From assembly GCA_035388785.1 (NCBI GenBank), contig DAOOQN010000004.1, positions 4,318-68,317 of the forward strand: DNA of 64,000 nt, given 5' to 3'. Below, piece after piece: positions 29,852 through 38,466 of this stretch (position 1 is its first letter; each line of letters opens with the position of its first letter). Made by a program: the position numbers and the translations under genes. The notes below the pieces were generated by a model, which saw only the letters and a list, made by a program, of their open reading frames with translations, did not search any database and was not told the origin of the DNA. The DNA comes from a bacterium (GTDB lineage: Bacteria > Patescibacteriota > Patescibacteriia > UBA2196).

Positions 29852-30532
29852 ATGTTGGAAAGGTTACAAAAAATTTTATCACGTCATGGTATAGCTTCCC
29901 GTCGTAAGGCTGAGGAGCTAATTTTAGCTGGAGTTGTTTCTGTTAATGGACAGGTTGTTAAGTTGGGTGACAAAGCTGACGAAGAAAAAGACAGCATTGT
30001 GGTTGGTGGCAAAAAATTAACAACTGAAAAAAAAGATAATTTTGTTTATTATCTTTTAAATAAACCCGTGGGTTATGAGTGTTCTCTAAAAGGTCACAGC
30101 AAAAATACTCAACTGGCAGTTGATTTGGTGCCCAAAAACCCCCGTGTGTGGACCGTGGGACGTTTGGATAAGGATTCTTCTGGACTTCTGGTTTTAACCA
30201 ACGATGGGCAGTTGACCAACCAATTAACTCATCCAAAATTTGAACATGAAAAAGAATATTTAGTTAAGGTTAACAAAAAAATTGAGCCAGCATTTTTAAG
30301 TGGTCTAAAAAAGGGCGTCCACTTGACTGAAGGTTTAGCCAAAGCCGATGAGGTGCGTCAGGTCACCAAAGATTCTTTTAGTATAATTTTACACCAAGGT
30401 TGGAAGCGACAAATTAGACGTATGTGTTATGCTCTGGGTTATAATATTCTAACTTTAACCAGAATTAGAATTGGACAGTGGCAGCTGGGAAATTTAAAAG
30501 TAGGGGAGTATAAGATAATTTCAAATTTATAA
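29852..30532 (+). CDS. Pseudouridine synthase (RsuA/RluB family) with an S4 domain
   Basis: 226 aa. The S4 domain (LQKILSRHGIASRRKAEELILAGVVSVNG) and the catalytic block VGRLDKDSSGLLVLTNDG are present. Confidence 0.85.
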   Translation: MLERLQKILSRHGIASRRKAEELILAGVVSVNGQVVKLGDKADEEKDSIVVGGKKLTTEKKDNFVYYLLNKPVGYECSLKGHSKNTQLAVDLVPKNPRVWTVGRLDKDSSGLLVLTNDGQLTNQLTHPKFEHEKEYLVKVNKKIEPAFLSGLKKGVHLTEGLAKADEVRQVTKDSFSIILHQGWKRQIRRMCYALGYNILTLTRIRIGQWQLGNLKVGEYKIISNL

Positions 30533-30552
30533 TTTTTATTTTTTTAAATTAT

Positions 30553-30993
30553 ATGTATCTTTATTTGAACACCGCGGATTATAAATTTATGACTTTGGGT
30601 TTGATTAATAATCAAGGTCAAATTTTATGTCTAAAAAAAATAAAAGCCGAACATCAGCAAGCGGAAAAATTATTACTCAATCTGGAAAAAATATTTTTAA
30701 AGCAAGATAAAAGTTGGCGTCAAAACCTAAAAGGTATTGTTGCGGTTTTGGGTCCGGGCGGCTTTACAGCTTTAAGAATTGGTATTGCTACTGCCAACGC
30801 CTTGGCTTGGTCTTTGCAAGTCCCCATCTGCGGTGTAAAACCAAAAGGAAATATTTTTATCATGGGATTACAAGATGGGCAGCTAATAAGTATGGGTGTT
30901 AATAAGTTAAAAAAAATCAAAAAGTTTAAACAGCTATTGCCATTTTATGGTAGCGAGCCGCACATAACTTTTAAAAAACGTCTTGACACGTAA
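30553..30993 (+). CDS. tsaB: TsaB-like (t6A complex dimerisation subunit), short
   Basis: 146 aa. It carries GPGGFTALRIGIATANALAW, the TsaB/YeaZ motif. It is much shorter than canonical TsaB. Confidence 0.6.
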   Translation: MYLYLNTADYKFMTLGLINNQGQILCLKKIKAEHQQAEKLLLNLEKIFLKQDKSWRQNLKGIVAVLGPGGFTALRIGIATANALAWSLQVPICGVKPKGNIFIMGLQDGQLISMGVNKLKKIKKFKQLLPFYGSEPHITFKKRLDT

Positions 30994-31039
30994 CCTTTAT
31001 GGCGATAAAATAAGTTTAAATTAATTTAAAAGCATTTTT

Positions 31040-32707
31040 ATGAGTTTATCAACCAAATCACAGAACCGCTATAAATTGGCTGGCATTATTATTTTAGCCA
31101 TTTTTTGTGCTCTGATCGTTTATCCAAAAGTTCCTACTGGTACACCTCTGGAAAATTTTTGGAATAAATTTAAATTTCGTCTAGGCCTTGATTTGCAGGG
31201 TGGCGCGCACTTGGTCTATCAAGCCGACACCAGTCAAGTTGAAGGACGCGATCAAGCTTCGGCTGTGGCCGGTGTACGTGATGTTATTGAAAGGCGAGTG
31301 AATGCTTTTGGTGTATCCGAACCAGTTGTCCAAACTAATATGGTGGGTAACGATTATCGTGTTATCGTAGAATTGGCTGGTGTCAAAGACGTTGATCAAG
31401 CCATTCAAATGATTGGTGAAACACCTCTTTTGGAATTTAAAACTCAAAATCCTAATTATAGTTCTGAATTAACAGATGCTCAAAAAGCAGAATTAGAAAA
31501 ATATAACAACGAACAGAAAGCCAAAGCTGAAAAAGTTTTAAAAGAGACTTTGGTAAAAAATTCCGACTTTGAAAGTTTGGCCAAACAATATTCCGAAGAC
31601 CCAGGTTCTAAAGACCAGGGTGGAGATTTGGGTTGGGCCAAAAGAGGTATGTTTGTCAAAGAGTTTGAAGACGAGATTTTTGATATTTTGCAACCTGGTC
31701 AAACTTCACAAATTTTAGTTAAAACCAGTTTTGGTTATCATATAATTAAAAAAATTGCGGTGCGTGGTGAGGGTGTAGACTTAGAAGTCCATGCACAACA
31801 TATTTTATTTAAAACACAAAACGAAGCTGATATTGTTTCTGACGCTAACCAATGGCTCAATACTCAGCTATCTGGTAAAAACTTAACACGCGCTCAGGTG
31901 CAATTTGATCCACAATCTGGCCAACCGCAAGTTGGTTTAGAATTTAATGACGAAGGCAAAACATTATTTGCCGAAATTACTGAACAAAATGTTGGTAAAC
32001 CCGTGGCCATTTTTTTGGATGGTCAACCTATTTCTGTGCCCAGAGTTGATGAACCCATAAAAGAAGGCAAAGCAGTTATTAGTGGTCGTTTTAACATAAA
32101 AGAAGCCAAACAATTGGTGGAACGTTTAAATGCCGGAGCTTTACCAGTTCCAATTACTTTAATTTCACAAGAGACTGTTGGTGCTTCACTGGGACAAGAA
32201 TCTTTAAATAAGAGTTTATTTGCTGGCATTATTGGTTTAGTTGCTGTGGCTTTGTTTATGTTATTTTTTTATCGTCTACCTGGTTTAATTTCAGTAATTG
32301 CTTTAATTATTTATGCTTTGATTAACTTAATGCTTTATAAAACATTGTCTATAACCCTAACTTTGGCTGGCATTGCTGGTTTTATTCTGTCGATTGGTAT
32401 GGCTGTGGATGCTAATGTATTAATTTTTGAACGTCTAAAAGAAGAACTAAAAGCTGGCCGTGAAGTTTCTTCAGCAGTTGACGAGGGTTTTAAAAGAGCT
32501 TGGACGTCTATTCGTGATTCAAACATTTCATCTCTTATCACCTGTGTTATTTTATATTGGATAGGTACTTCAATGGTCAAAGGTTTTGCATTAACCTTGG
32601 CATTGGGTATTTTTATTTCTTTATTTTCTGCCATTACTGTCACCAGAACTTTTTTGAAGCTTTTCTTGATCAAATCTTTCAAAGATAAAAAATGGCTTTT
32701 TGGTTAA
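31040..32707 (+). CDS. secD: Protein translocase subunit SecD with an embedded parvulin (PpiC-type) PPIase domain
   Basis: 555 aa. A TM1 helix and the SecD P1 motif LGLDLQGGAHLVY are followed by a complete parvulin signature (SEDPGSKDQGGDLGWAKRGMFVKEFEDEIFDILQPGQTSQILVKTSFGYHIIKK) at about aa 145-250. The SecD head domain and six C-terminal TM helices follow. Confidence 0.9.
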   Translation: MSLSTKSQNRYKLAGIIILAIFCALIVYPKVPTGTPLENFWNKFKFRLGLDLQGGAHLVYQADTSQVEGRDQASAVAGVRDVIERRVNAFGVSEPVVQTNMVGNDYRVIVELAGVKDVDQAIQMIGETPLLEFKTQNPNYSSELTDAQKAELEKYNNEQKAKAEKVLKETLVKNSDFESLAKQYSEDPGSKDQGGDLGWAKRGMFVKEFEDEIFDILQPGQTSQILVKTSFGYHIIKKIAVRGEGVDLEVHAQHILFKTQNEADIVSDANQWLNTQLSGKNLTRAQVQFDPQSGQPQVGLEFNDEGKTLFAEITEQNVGKPVAIFLDGQPISVPRVDEPIKEGKAVISGRFNIKEAKQLVERLNAGALPVPITLISQETVGASLGQESLNKSLFAGIIGLVAVALFMLFFYRLPGLISVIALIIYALINLMLYKTLSITLTLAGIAGFILSIGMAVDANVLIFERLKEELKAGREVSSAVDEGFKRAWTSIRDSNISSLITCVILYWIGTSMVKGFALTLALGIFISLFSAITVTRTFLKLFLIKSFKDKKWLFG

Positions 32708-32750
32708 TTTTTTGCGTTAAGGAAAAAAATAAATTTAAAATTGTTTTATT

Positions 32751-33680
32751 ATGAATTTACACATCGTCAAAAATCGCAATTATTTTTTCATTTTTTCTGG
32801 AATTCTTGTAGTAGCTGGCCTTTTTAGCTTATATTTTTGGGGTTTAAAACCGGGCATTGATTTTACGGGCGGTTCTTTTTTGGAAATTAAGCTCAACAAT
32901 CAAAGTCAAGTTAATGCCCAAGAAATGGCCACTCAAATTCAAGCTGCTGTGTTAGATATTGGCGAGGTGCGCGTACAACCCACTGCCAGTGGTTTTATTG
33001 CACGTTCTCGTCATTTAACAGAAGCTCAACATCAAAGCATATTAGCAACTATGGATAAATTATATCCAGCCGATTCAACAGATGCTACTCAAGTTTGGGA
33101 AGAAGTAAGATTTGAATCAGTTGGGCCGATGATTGGGGTTGAACTAAAAAATAAAGCCATTTGGGCTTTGGCATTGGCCATGGCAGCCATAATTTTATAT
33201 ATCGCTTGGTCTTTTCGTAAAGTATCACGTCCGGTGGTTTCTTGGAAATATGGTGTTGGTGCGGTGATCGCTCTAATGCACGATTTAATAATTGTGACAG
33301 GAGCTTTTGCTATTTTTGGACATTTTTTTGGCTATGAAGTTGATTTGTTGTTTGTTTCCGCCCTGCTCACCATCCTTGGCTTTTCTGTGCATGATACTAT
33401 TGTTGTATATGATCGTACGCGTGAAAATTTAATTTACAGTCCACAAAAAACTTTTGACGAAACCTTAAATAAAGCTATTAATGAAACCATACACCGTTCC
33501 ATTAACACCTCTTTAACTGTTTTTTTAGTACTTTTAGCCCTTTATGTATTGGGTGGCGTGTCAACACAAAATTTTGTTTTAGCCTTAATGATCGGTGTGG
33601 TTATTGGTACCTATTCGTCAATTTTTGTCGCTTCAACACTGTTGATTGTTTGGCAACGATTGGGAAGTCGTAAAAATTAG
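32751..33680 (+). CDS. secF: Protein translocase subunit SecF
   Basis: 309 aa with a 6-TM SecF topology, immediately downstream of secD. Confidence 0.9.
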   Translation: MNLHIVKNRNYFFIFSGILVVAGLFSLYFWGLKPGIDFTGGSFLEIKLNNQSQVNAQEMATQIQAAVLDIGEVRVQPTASGFIARSRHLTEAQHQSILATMDKLYPADSTDATQVWEEVRFESVGPMIGVELKNKAIWALALAMAAIILYIAWSFRKVSRPVVSWKYGVGAVIALMHDLIIVTGAFAIFGHFFGYEVDLLFVSALLTILGFSVHDTIVVYDRTRENLIYSPQKTFDETLNKAINETIHRSINTSLTVFLVLLALYVLGGVSTQNFVLALMIGVVIGTYSSIFVASTLLIVWQRLGSRKN

Positions 33681-33729
33681 TCAAAATAACTCTTTTTAAC
33701 GGACTTTGTGTAAAATAACAAAGTAGACT

Positions 33730-33760
33730 GACAGGCTTAATGCCTGTCTCTTTCTTTATT
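33730..33760 (+). terminator. Intrinsic terminator after secF (GACAGGC-TTAAT-GCCTGTC plus T-run)
   Basis: A 7-bp GC stem followed by TCTTTCTTTATTT. Confidence 0.55.
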
Positions 33761-33788
33761 TGACATACTAAAATAAATCTGTTATACT
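33760..33788 (+). promoter_or_regulatory. Sigma70-like promoter TTGACA, 17-nt spacer, TATACT for the 33839 gene
   Basis: -35 TTGACA at 33760-33765 and -10 TATACT at 33783-33788. Confidence 0.5.
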
Positions 33789-33838
33789 AATTTCATAATC
33801 TTAAGTTTTAACTAACATTAGCTAAAATAAATAAAAAT

Positions 33839-34966
33839 ATGAGCGACATTTTAGATAAAGTCATATCTTCGGCCGATTTTAAAGAAAAAACCGCTATCTC
33901 TTGGACAGAGATTGTAAATTCTTTATTGGCTCTAATAAAGGCGCGTGAAGCCGAAATTTTACGTTTACGCTCTGGTTTGTATGACAATAAAGAACATACT
34001 TTGGAAGAAATTGGACGTAAAATGAATTTAACTCGTGAACGAGTGCGTCAATTAGAGAAAAACGCCAAAGATGACATCAAGGCTCATAAAAATTTTGATG
34101 GCATTATGGCACCAGCTAAAAACGCAGTTGAGCGGGCTTTGAATGAACATGGCGGCCTTTCCACTAAAGAAAGAATTTTGCAAACCGTTCTTATTAACTA
34201 TGAAATTGAAGATAATAAAAAGTTTTTACAATTTTTAATTGATAATTTTATTGATGAAGTGCAAGACGTTAAAAATAATCAGTTTGGCGAGGGTTGGCAT
34301 TTAAATGAACAGTATTTGAATTTGGCAGCTGAAGTTTTAGATCAAATTAAAATTTTAATTGAAACTAAAAATAATTTAGTGCAAGAAGATGAGTTGTTGG
34401 AAAATTTTCAAAAAACAGATTTTTATATAAATAATCAGGATAAATTTTTGCCTTTTTTAAGCAAAAATAGCAATGATTTAAGAAAGGTTCTAACTTCTTA
34501 TTTGGATTTATCGCATGAATTTGGTAAAACCCCCTTTAAACAGTGGGGTAAAGCAGACTGGCGCACAGTCACCCCCCGCAGGATTAATGATAAAATTTAT
34601 TCAATTTTGGATTGGTATAAACAACCAATGCACTTTCGTGATATTGCCGATAAAATTAACGCCGCCAAGTTTGATAAAAAAATGGCACATTCGGCCACCA
34701 TTCACAACGACCTGATTGCTGATGAACGTTTTGTTTTAATTGGTCGTGGTGTCTATGCTTTAAAGGATTGGGGTTATAAAAGTGGCGTAGTGGCTGATTT
34801 AATTGAAAAAATTATTAAGGGTGCTGAACAGCCTTTAAATAAAGAAGAAATTATTGCTGAAATTTTAAAACAAAGAGATGTAAAAGCTAACACTGTTTTG
34901 TTAGCACTTAATAAAGATGGTCGCTTTGAAAAAACAATTACTGGTGGATATAAATTAAAAATATAA
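33839..34966 (+). CDS. Sigma-70 region 4-like HTH protein with a C-terminal HARE-HTH-like domain
   Basis: 375 aa. An N-terminal block (EILRLRSGLYDNKEHTLEEIGRKMNLTRERVRQLEKNA) matches the sigma region 4 / LuxR-like HTH. A C-terminal block (IYSILDWYKQPMHFRDIADKIN ... VLIGRGVYALKDW) resembles the HARE-HTH of the RNAP delta subunit. Regions 1-3 of a sigma factor are absent. Confidence 0.5.
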   Translation: MSDILDKVISSADFKEKTAISWTEIVNSLLALIKAREAEILRLRSGLYDNKEHTLEEIGRKMNLTRERVRQLEKNAKDDIKAHKNFDGIMAPAKNAVERALNEHGGLSTKERILQTVLINYEIEDNKKFLQFLIDNFIDEVQDVKNNQFGEGWHLNEQYLNLAAEVLDQIKILIETKNNLVQEDELLENFQKTDFYINNQDKFLPFLSKNSNDLRKVLTSYLDLSHEFGKTPFKQWGKADWRTVTPRRINDKIYSILDWYKQPMHFRDIADKINAAKFDKKMAHSATIHNDLIADERFVLIGRGVYALKDWGYKSGVVADLIEKIIKGAEQPLNKEEIIAEILKQRDVKANTVLLALNKDGRFEKTITGGYKLKI

Positions 34967-34977
34967 TTTTATAAAAA

Positions 34978-35015
34978 AACCTACCTTGATAATTAATAGG
35001 GTAGGTGTTTTTGTT
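34978..35015 (+). terminator. Intrinsic terminator (ACCTACC ... GGTAGGT plus T-run) after the 33839 gene
   Basis: A 7-bp stem with a 13-nt loop is followed by TGTTTTTGTTTT. Confidence 0.5.
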
Positions 35016-35089
35016 TTGCATATTTTATGCTATAATATATATTGGAATTGTTTACATTTTTTGTCTAATTTATTCATTCTTTGTTTTGT

Positions 35090-36502
35090 ATGGAGTTTAT
35101 TTTGGATTTATTAAATTTAGATATAGTTAGTTTATCTACTTTGGGTGCCCATAACCCTTTTTATCTTATTTGGTTTTTCTTTATCCACGGTGGTTGGATA
35201 CTTTTTATTATCACATTTTTATTTCTTAGTCCGGTTCTGTGGATGGATTGGCGCCAAGGCTTGTATGCCAAGACCATTAAATGGATTTTTTTAGCTGTTG
35301 ATGTGCCGAGAAATAATGAACAATCACCCAAGGCAGTTGAACAAATTTTTAATCAAATCTGGGGCTCGATAACCGATTACACACTCTGGGCTAAGTTATG
35401 GCAGGGCAAATTCATGCCAAGTTTTAGTTTGGAATTGGTTTCTATTGATGGTTATATACAATATATTATTCGTACACCCAAACCATGGCGTGATTTAATT
35501 GAGTCAGCAATTTATGCTCAATATCCTGATGCTGAAATAGCCGAGATTGAAGATTATACCAAAGATATTACGCCAGATAATTTTGTGGAGAAGGGTTATG
35601 ATTTGTGGGGTACACAACTACAATTGACCAATTTAGAATATTATCCCATTCGAACGTATCCTTTTTTTGAACATTCTATTGCTAAAAAAATAGTTGATCC
35701 TATGTCGGCTCTACTAGAGATGATGAGCAAGTTAGGTCGTGGCGAACAGTTGTGGTATCAAATCATAATTAAACCCGTTGGTGATGATGTCTGGAAAGTT
35801 GGAGCTGAAAAATTAGTTAAAAAATTAATTGGCGCCGAAACCAAAGAAGAAACCCAAACTATTTTAGATGGTATTTTTAGTCGACTTTATAATACCACTA
35901 ATTTTTTATTACCACTGCAAAGCACTGAACAAAAAAAGGAACAAAAATTACCCTCCAAAGTTCTGTATATGTCAAAGGGGGAGTTGGAAACTGTGGCGGC
36001 TATCGAGATGAAAGCTTCTAAGACTGGTTTTAAAACCAAAATGCGCATGATTTATATTGGCAAAAAAGATGCGTTTTTTAAGCCACGTGGTTTGTCGCCA
36101 TTTTTTGGTGCTTTGCGACAATATGCTGGAGCTAATGGTTTTAAGCCAGCTGGTAAGACAGCCACTAAGGCCGAATATTTTTTTATTAAACCACGCATGT
36201 TATATAAACAAAAAAGAATCTTAAAACATTACAAATCACGCGCGTTGGATGCTGGAGTCAAAGAAGACGGTTATCTTTTAAATGTGGAAGAATTGGCCTC
36301 GGTCTATCACTTTCCTAGTATTGAAGTACCCACCAAGATGGTGCACACCTCTTTGAGTAAAAAAGTTCAGGCACCCATGAACATTCCCTTTGATGATTTT
36401 TTTGAACCGGAAATTTTGAGTAAAAAAGAACCTCAGTCTACAGATAGTATTACAAAAGATTCTGGATCGACTATGGCTCCGCCATCAAATTTACCAATTT
36501 AA
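35090..36502 (+). CDS. TM-anchored uncharacterised domain protein, the N-terminal half of split ATPase module B
   Basis: About 470 aa. It is homologous block-for-block to residues ~60-430 of the fused protein at 26676 (for example ELASVYHFPSIEVP versus ELASIFHFPLPSCETP). I prefer the ATG at 35090 over the TTG at 35081. Confidence 0.55.
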   Translation: MEFILDLLNLDIVSLSTLGAHNPFYLIWFFFIHGGWILFIITFLFLSPVLWMDWRQGLYAKTIKWIFLAVDVPRNNEQSPKAVEQIFNQIWGSITDYTLWAKLWQGKFMPSFSLELVSIDGYIQYIIRTPKPWRDLIESAIYAQYPDAEIAEIEDYTKDITPDNFVEKGYDLWGTQLQLTNLEYYPIRTYPFFEHSIAKKIVDPMSALLEMMSKLGRGEQLWYQIIIKPVGDDVWKVGAEKLVKKLIGAETKEETQTILDGIFSRLYNTTNFLLPLQSTEQKKEQKLPSKVLYMSKGELETVAAIEMKASKTGFKTKMRMIYIGKKDAFFKPRGLSPFFGALRQYAGANGFKPAGKTATKAEYFFIKPRMLYKQKRILKHYKSRALDAGVKEDGYLLNVEELASVYHFPSIEVPTKMVHTSLSKKVQAPMNIPFDDFFEPEILSKKEPQSTDSITKDSGSTMAPPSNLPI

Positions 36503-36511
36503 TTTTTTTGT

Positions 36512-38458
36512 ATGACTGTTTACGACCACGATCACGATCGTGAAATAACATATTTTGCTGCTACAAATTTTCGCAATCAAATGCTAAAGTTTGGCATTAA
36601 AACCGAGGATCGTCGGAGGCATGTTTATATTCTTGGTAAAACCGGTAGCGGTAAAACCACTTTGGAAGCCAATATGGCTCTGCAAGATATTGAACGCGGT
36701 CATGGTATGTGTTTGGTAGATCCACATGGCGATGTCCTAAATTCAGTTTTGGATTATATTCCGTCTCACCGGGTTAATGATGTGATTTACTTTAATCCAT
36801 CTGACACCGCATACCCAATAGCTTTTAATATTTTGGAAAATATTAATCCCGAACATAAGCATTTAGTGGCTTCTGGTTTAATGAGTGTTTTTAAAAAAAT
36901 ATGGGCCAATTTATGGTCGGCGCGCATGGAATATATTTTGAATAATTGTATTTTGGCTCTTTTGGATTCACCGGGTAATACATTATTGGGCATTATGCGC
37001 ATACTCACAGATAAAGATTTTCGTCGTAAAATTGTCGATAATATTAAAGATCCGGTGGTTAAATCTTTTTGGGTCAATGAATATGCCAATTATCAAGATC
37101 GATTTCGTCAGGAAGCCATTGCGCCAATTCAAAACAAAGTTGGACAGTTTTTATCTTCGGCGGTTATTCGTAATATTGTGGGTCAAACAAAATCTACCAT
37201 TGAACCCAGAAAAATAATTGATGAGGGAAAAATTTTACTGCTTGATTTGGCTAAAGGTAAAATTGGTGAAGACAATTCTTCTTTGTTGGGAGCCATGATG
37301 ATTACCAAAATTTGGTTGGCAGCCATGTCGCGTGTTGATATACCGGAAAACGAGCGTCTTGATTTTTATCTATATGTGGATGAGTTTCAGAATTTTGCCA
37401 CCGAATCTTTTGCTGATATTTTATCTGAAGCCAGAAAATATCGTTTAAATTTAACTGTAGCGCATCAATATATTGCCCAACTTGTTTCGCCTGATTCCAC
37501 CCGTGTTAAAGATGCTGTTTTTGGCAATGTGGGCACCATAATTTGTTTTCGTGTTGGTGGTGGTGATGCTAAAGAGTTAATTAAAGAATTTGAACCGACT
37601 TTTTTGGAAGAAGATCTTGTTAACATTGGTAAACATGAAATATTTTTAAAACTGATGATTGACGGTATGGCTTCGGCACCATTTAGTGCCAAAACCCTGC
37701 CGCCACTTTCCACTGGTCGTGAGAATAAAAATCGTGAAAAAATTGTGCGCATTTCACGTGAACGTTATTCTAATACCAAAGAAGAAGTTGAAGAAAAAAT
37801 TATGCGTTGGTCTGGTGTTGAAGAAATGTTTAAAGAGACTGCCAAATCTGAATATGTGGATGAAGAAAAAATGGTTTACAAAGAGACTCAAACTAAAACC
37901 AACAATTTAAGCACCAAGATAAAGGTAGTTGAAACAAAACCTGGGCAAGTGCAAACAGACGATAAAAAACATCTGGATGCTTTTTGTGATAATTGTGGTC
38001 AACCAACTCGTATTAACTTTCTACCAGATTTAAGTAAATCAATTTTTTGTCGTGATTGTTTGAAAGAGTTTAAAAAAGGCAGTATTGATCCACATAAATT
38101 AAAATCAAAAAACGGTCATCTTTCGGATATTGTTAAACAACAAAAGGCGGGTTTAGAACCAACTTTAGCAGTGTCAGAAGGGGCTATTTTAAGCCCTCAA
38201 AATACAAAAGTCTTGGAAAAAAGTTTAGCATCTGCTACAGTTACGGTACCCCCATCACCCGATCAAGTTTTGACAGCCAAAATTAAAAAGGCAAAAATAA
38301 ATTTTTTAGACAATCTAAAATATAAACCAGAGGAAATAAGTCAATCAACCGTCGGCTTGGATGCTTTAAAAGATATAAATCAAGTAGTACCCTTTAATAA
38401 GATTGGAACTAAAAAGGAATCTCAAAAAATTGATCCAGGGCAGGTGATCAGGTTTTAA
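36512..38458 (+). CDS. HerA/FtsK/TraD-VirD4-superfamily ATPase, the C-terminal half of split module B, with a C-terminal Zn-ribbon extension
   Basis: 648 aa. Walker A ILGKTGSGKTT, an LVDPHG block, and Walker B YVDEFQNF are present. It aligns with the C-terminal half of 26676, and adds a ~250-aa tail containing CDNCGQ ... CRDC. Confidence 0.7.
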   Translation: MTVYDHDHDREITYFAATNFRNQMLKFGIKTEDRRRHVYILGKTGSGKTTLEANMALQDIERGHGMCLVDPHGDVLNSVLDYIPSHRVNDVIYFNPSDTAYPIAFNILENINPEHKHLVASGLMSVFKKIWANLWSARMEYILNNCILALLDSPGNTLLGIMRILTDKDFRRKIVDNIKDPVVKSFWVNEYANYQDRFRQEAIAPIQNKVGQFLSSAVIRNIVGQTKSTIEPRKIIDEGKILLLDLAKGKIGEDNSSLLGAMMITKIWLAAMSRVDIPENERLDFYLYVDEFQNFATESFADILSEARKYRLNLTVAHQYIAQLVSPDSTRVKDAVFGNVGTIICFRVGGGDAKELIKEFEPTFLEEDLVNIGKHEIFLKLMIDGMASAPFSAKTLPPLSTGRENKNREKIVRISRERYSNTKEEVEEKIMRWSGVEEMFKETAKSEYVDEEKMVYKETQTKTNNLSTKIKVVETKPGQVQTDDKKHLDAFCDNCGQPTRINFLPDLSKSIFCRDCLKEFKKGSIDPHKLKSKNGHLSDIVKQQKAGLEPTLAVSEGAILSPQNTKVLEKSLASATVTVPPSPDQVLTAKIKKAKINFLDNLKYKPEEISQSTVGLDALKDINQVVPFNKIGTKKESQKIDPGQVIRF

Positions 38459-38466
38459 AACTCCGT

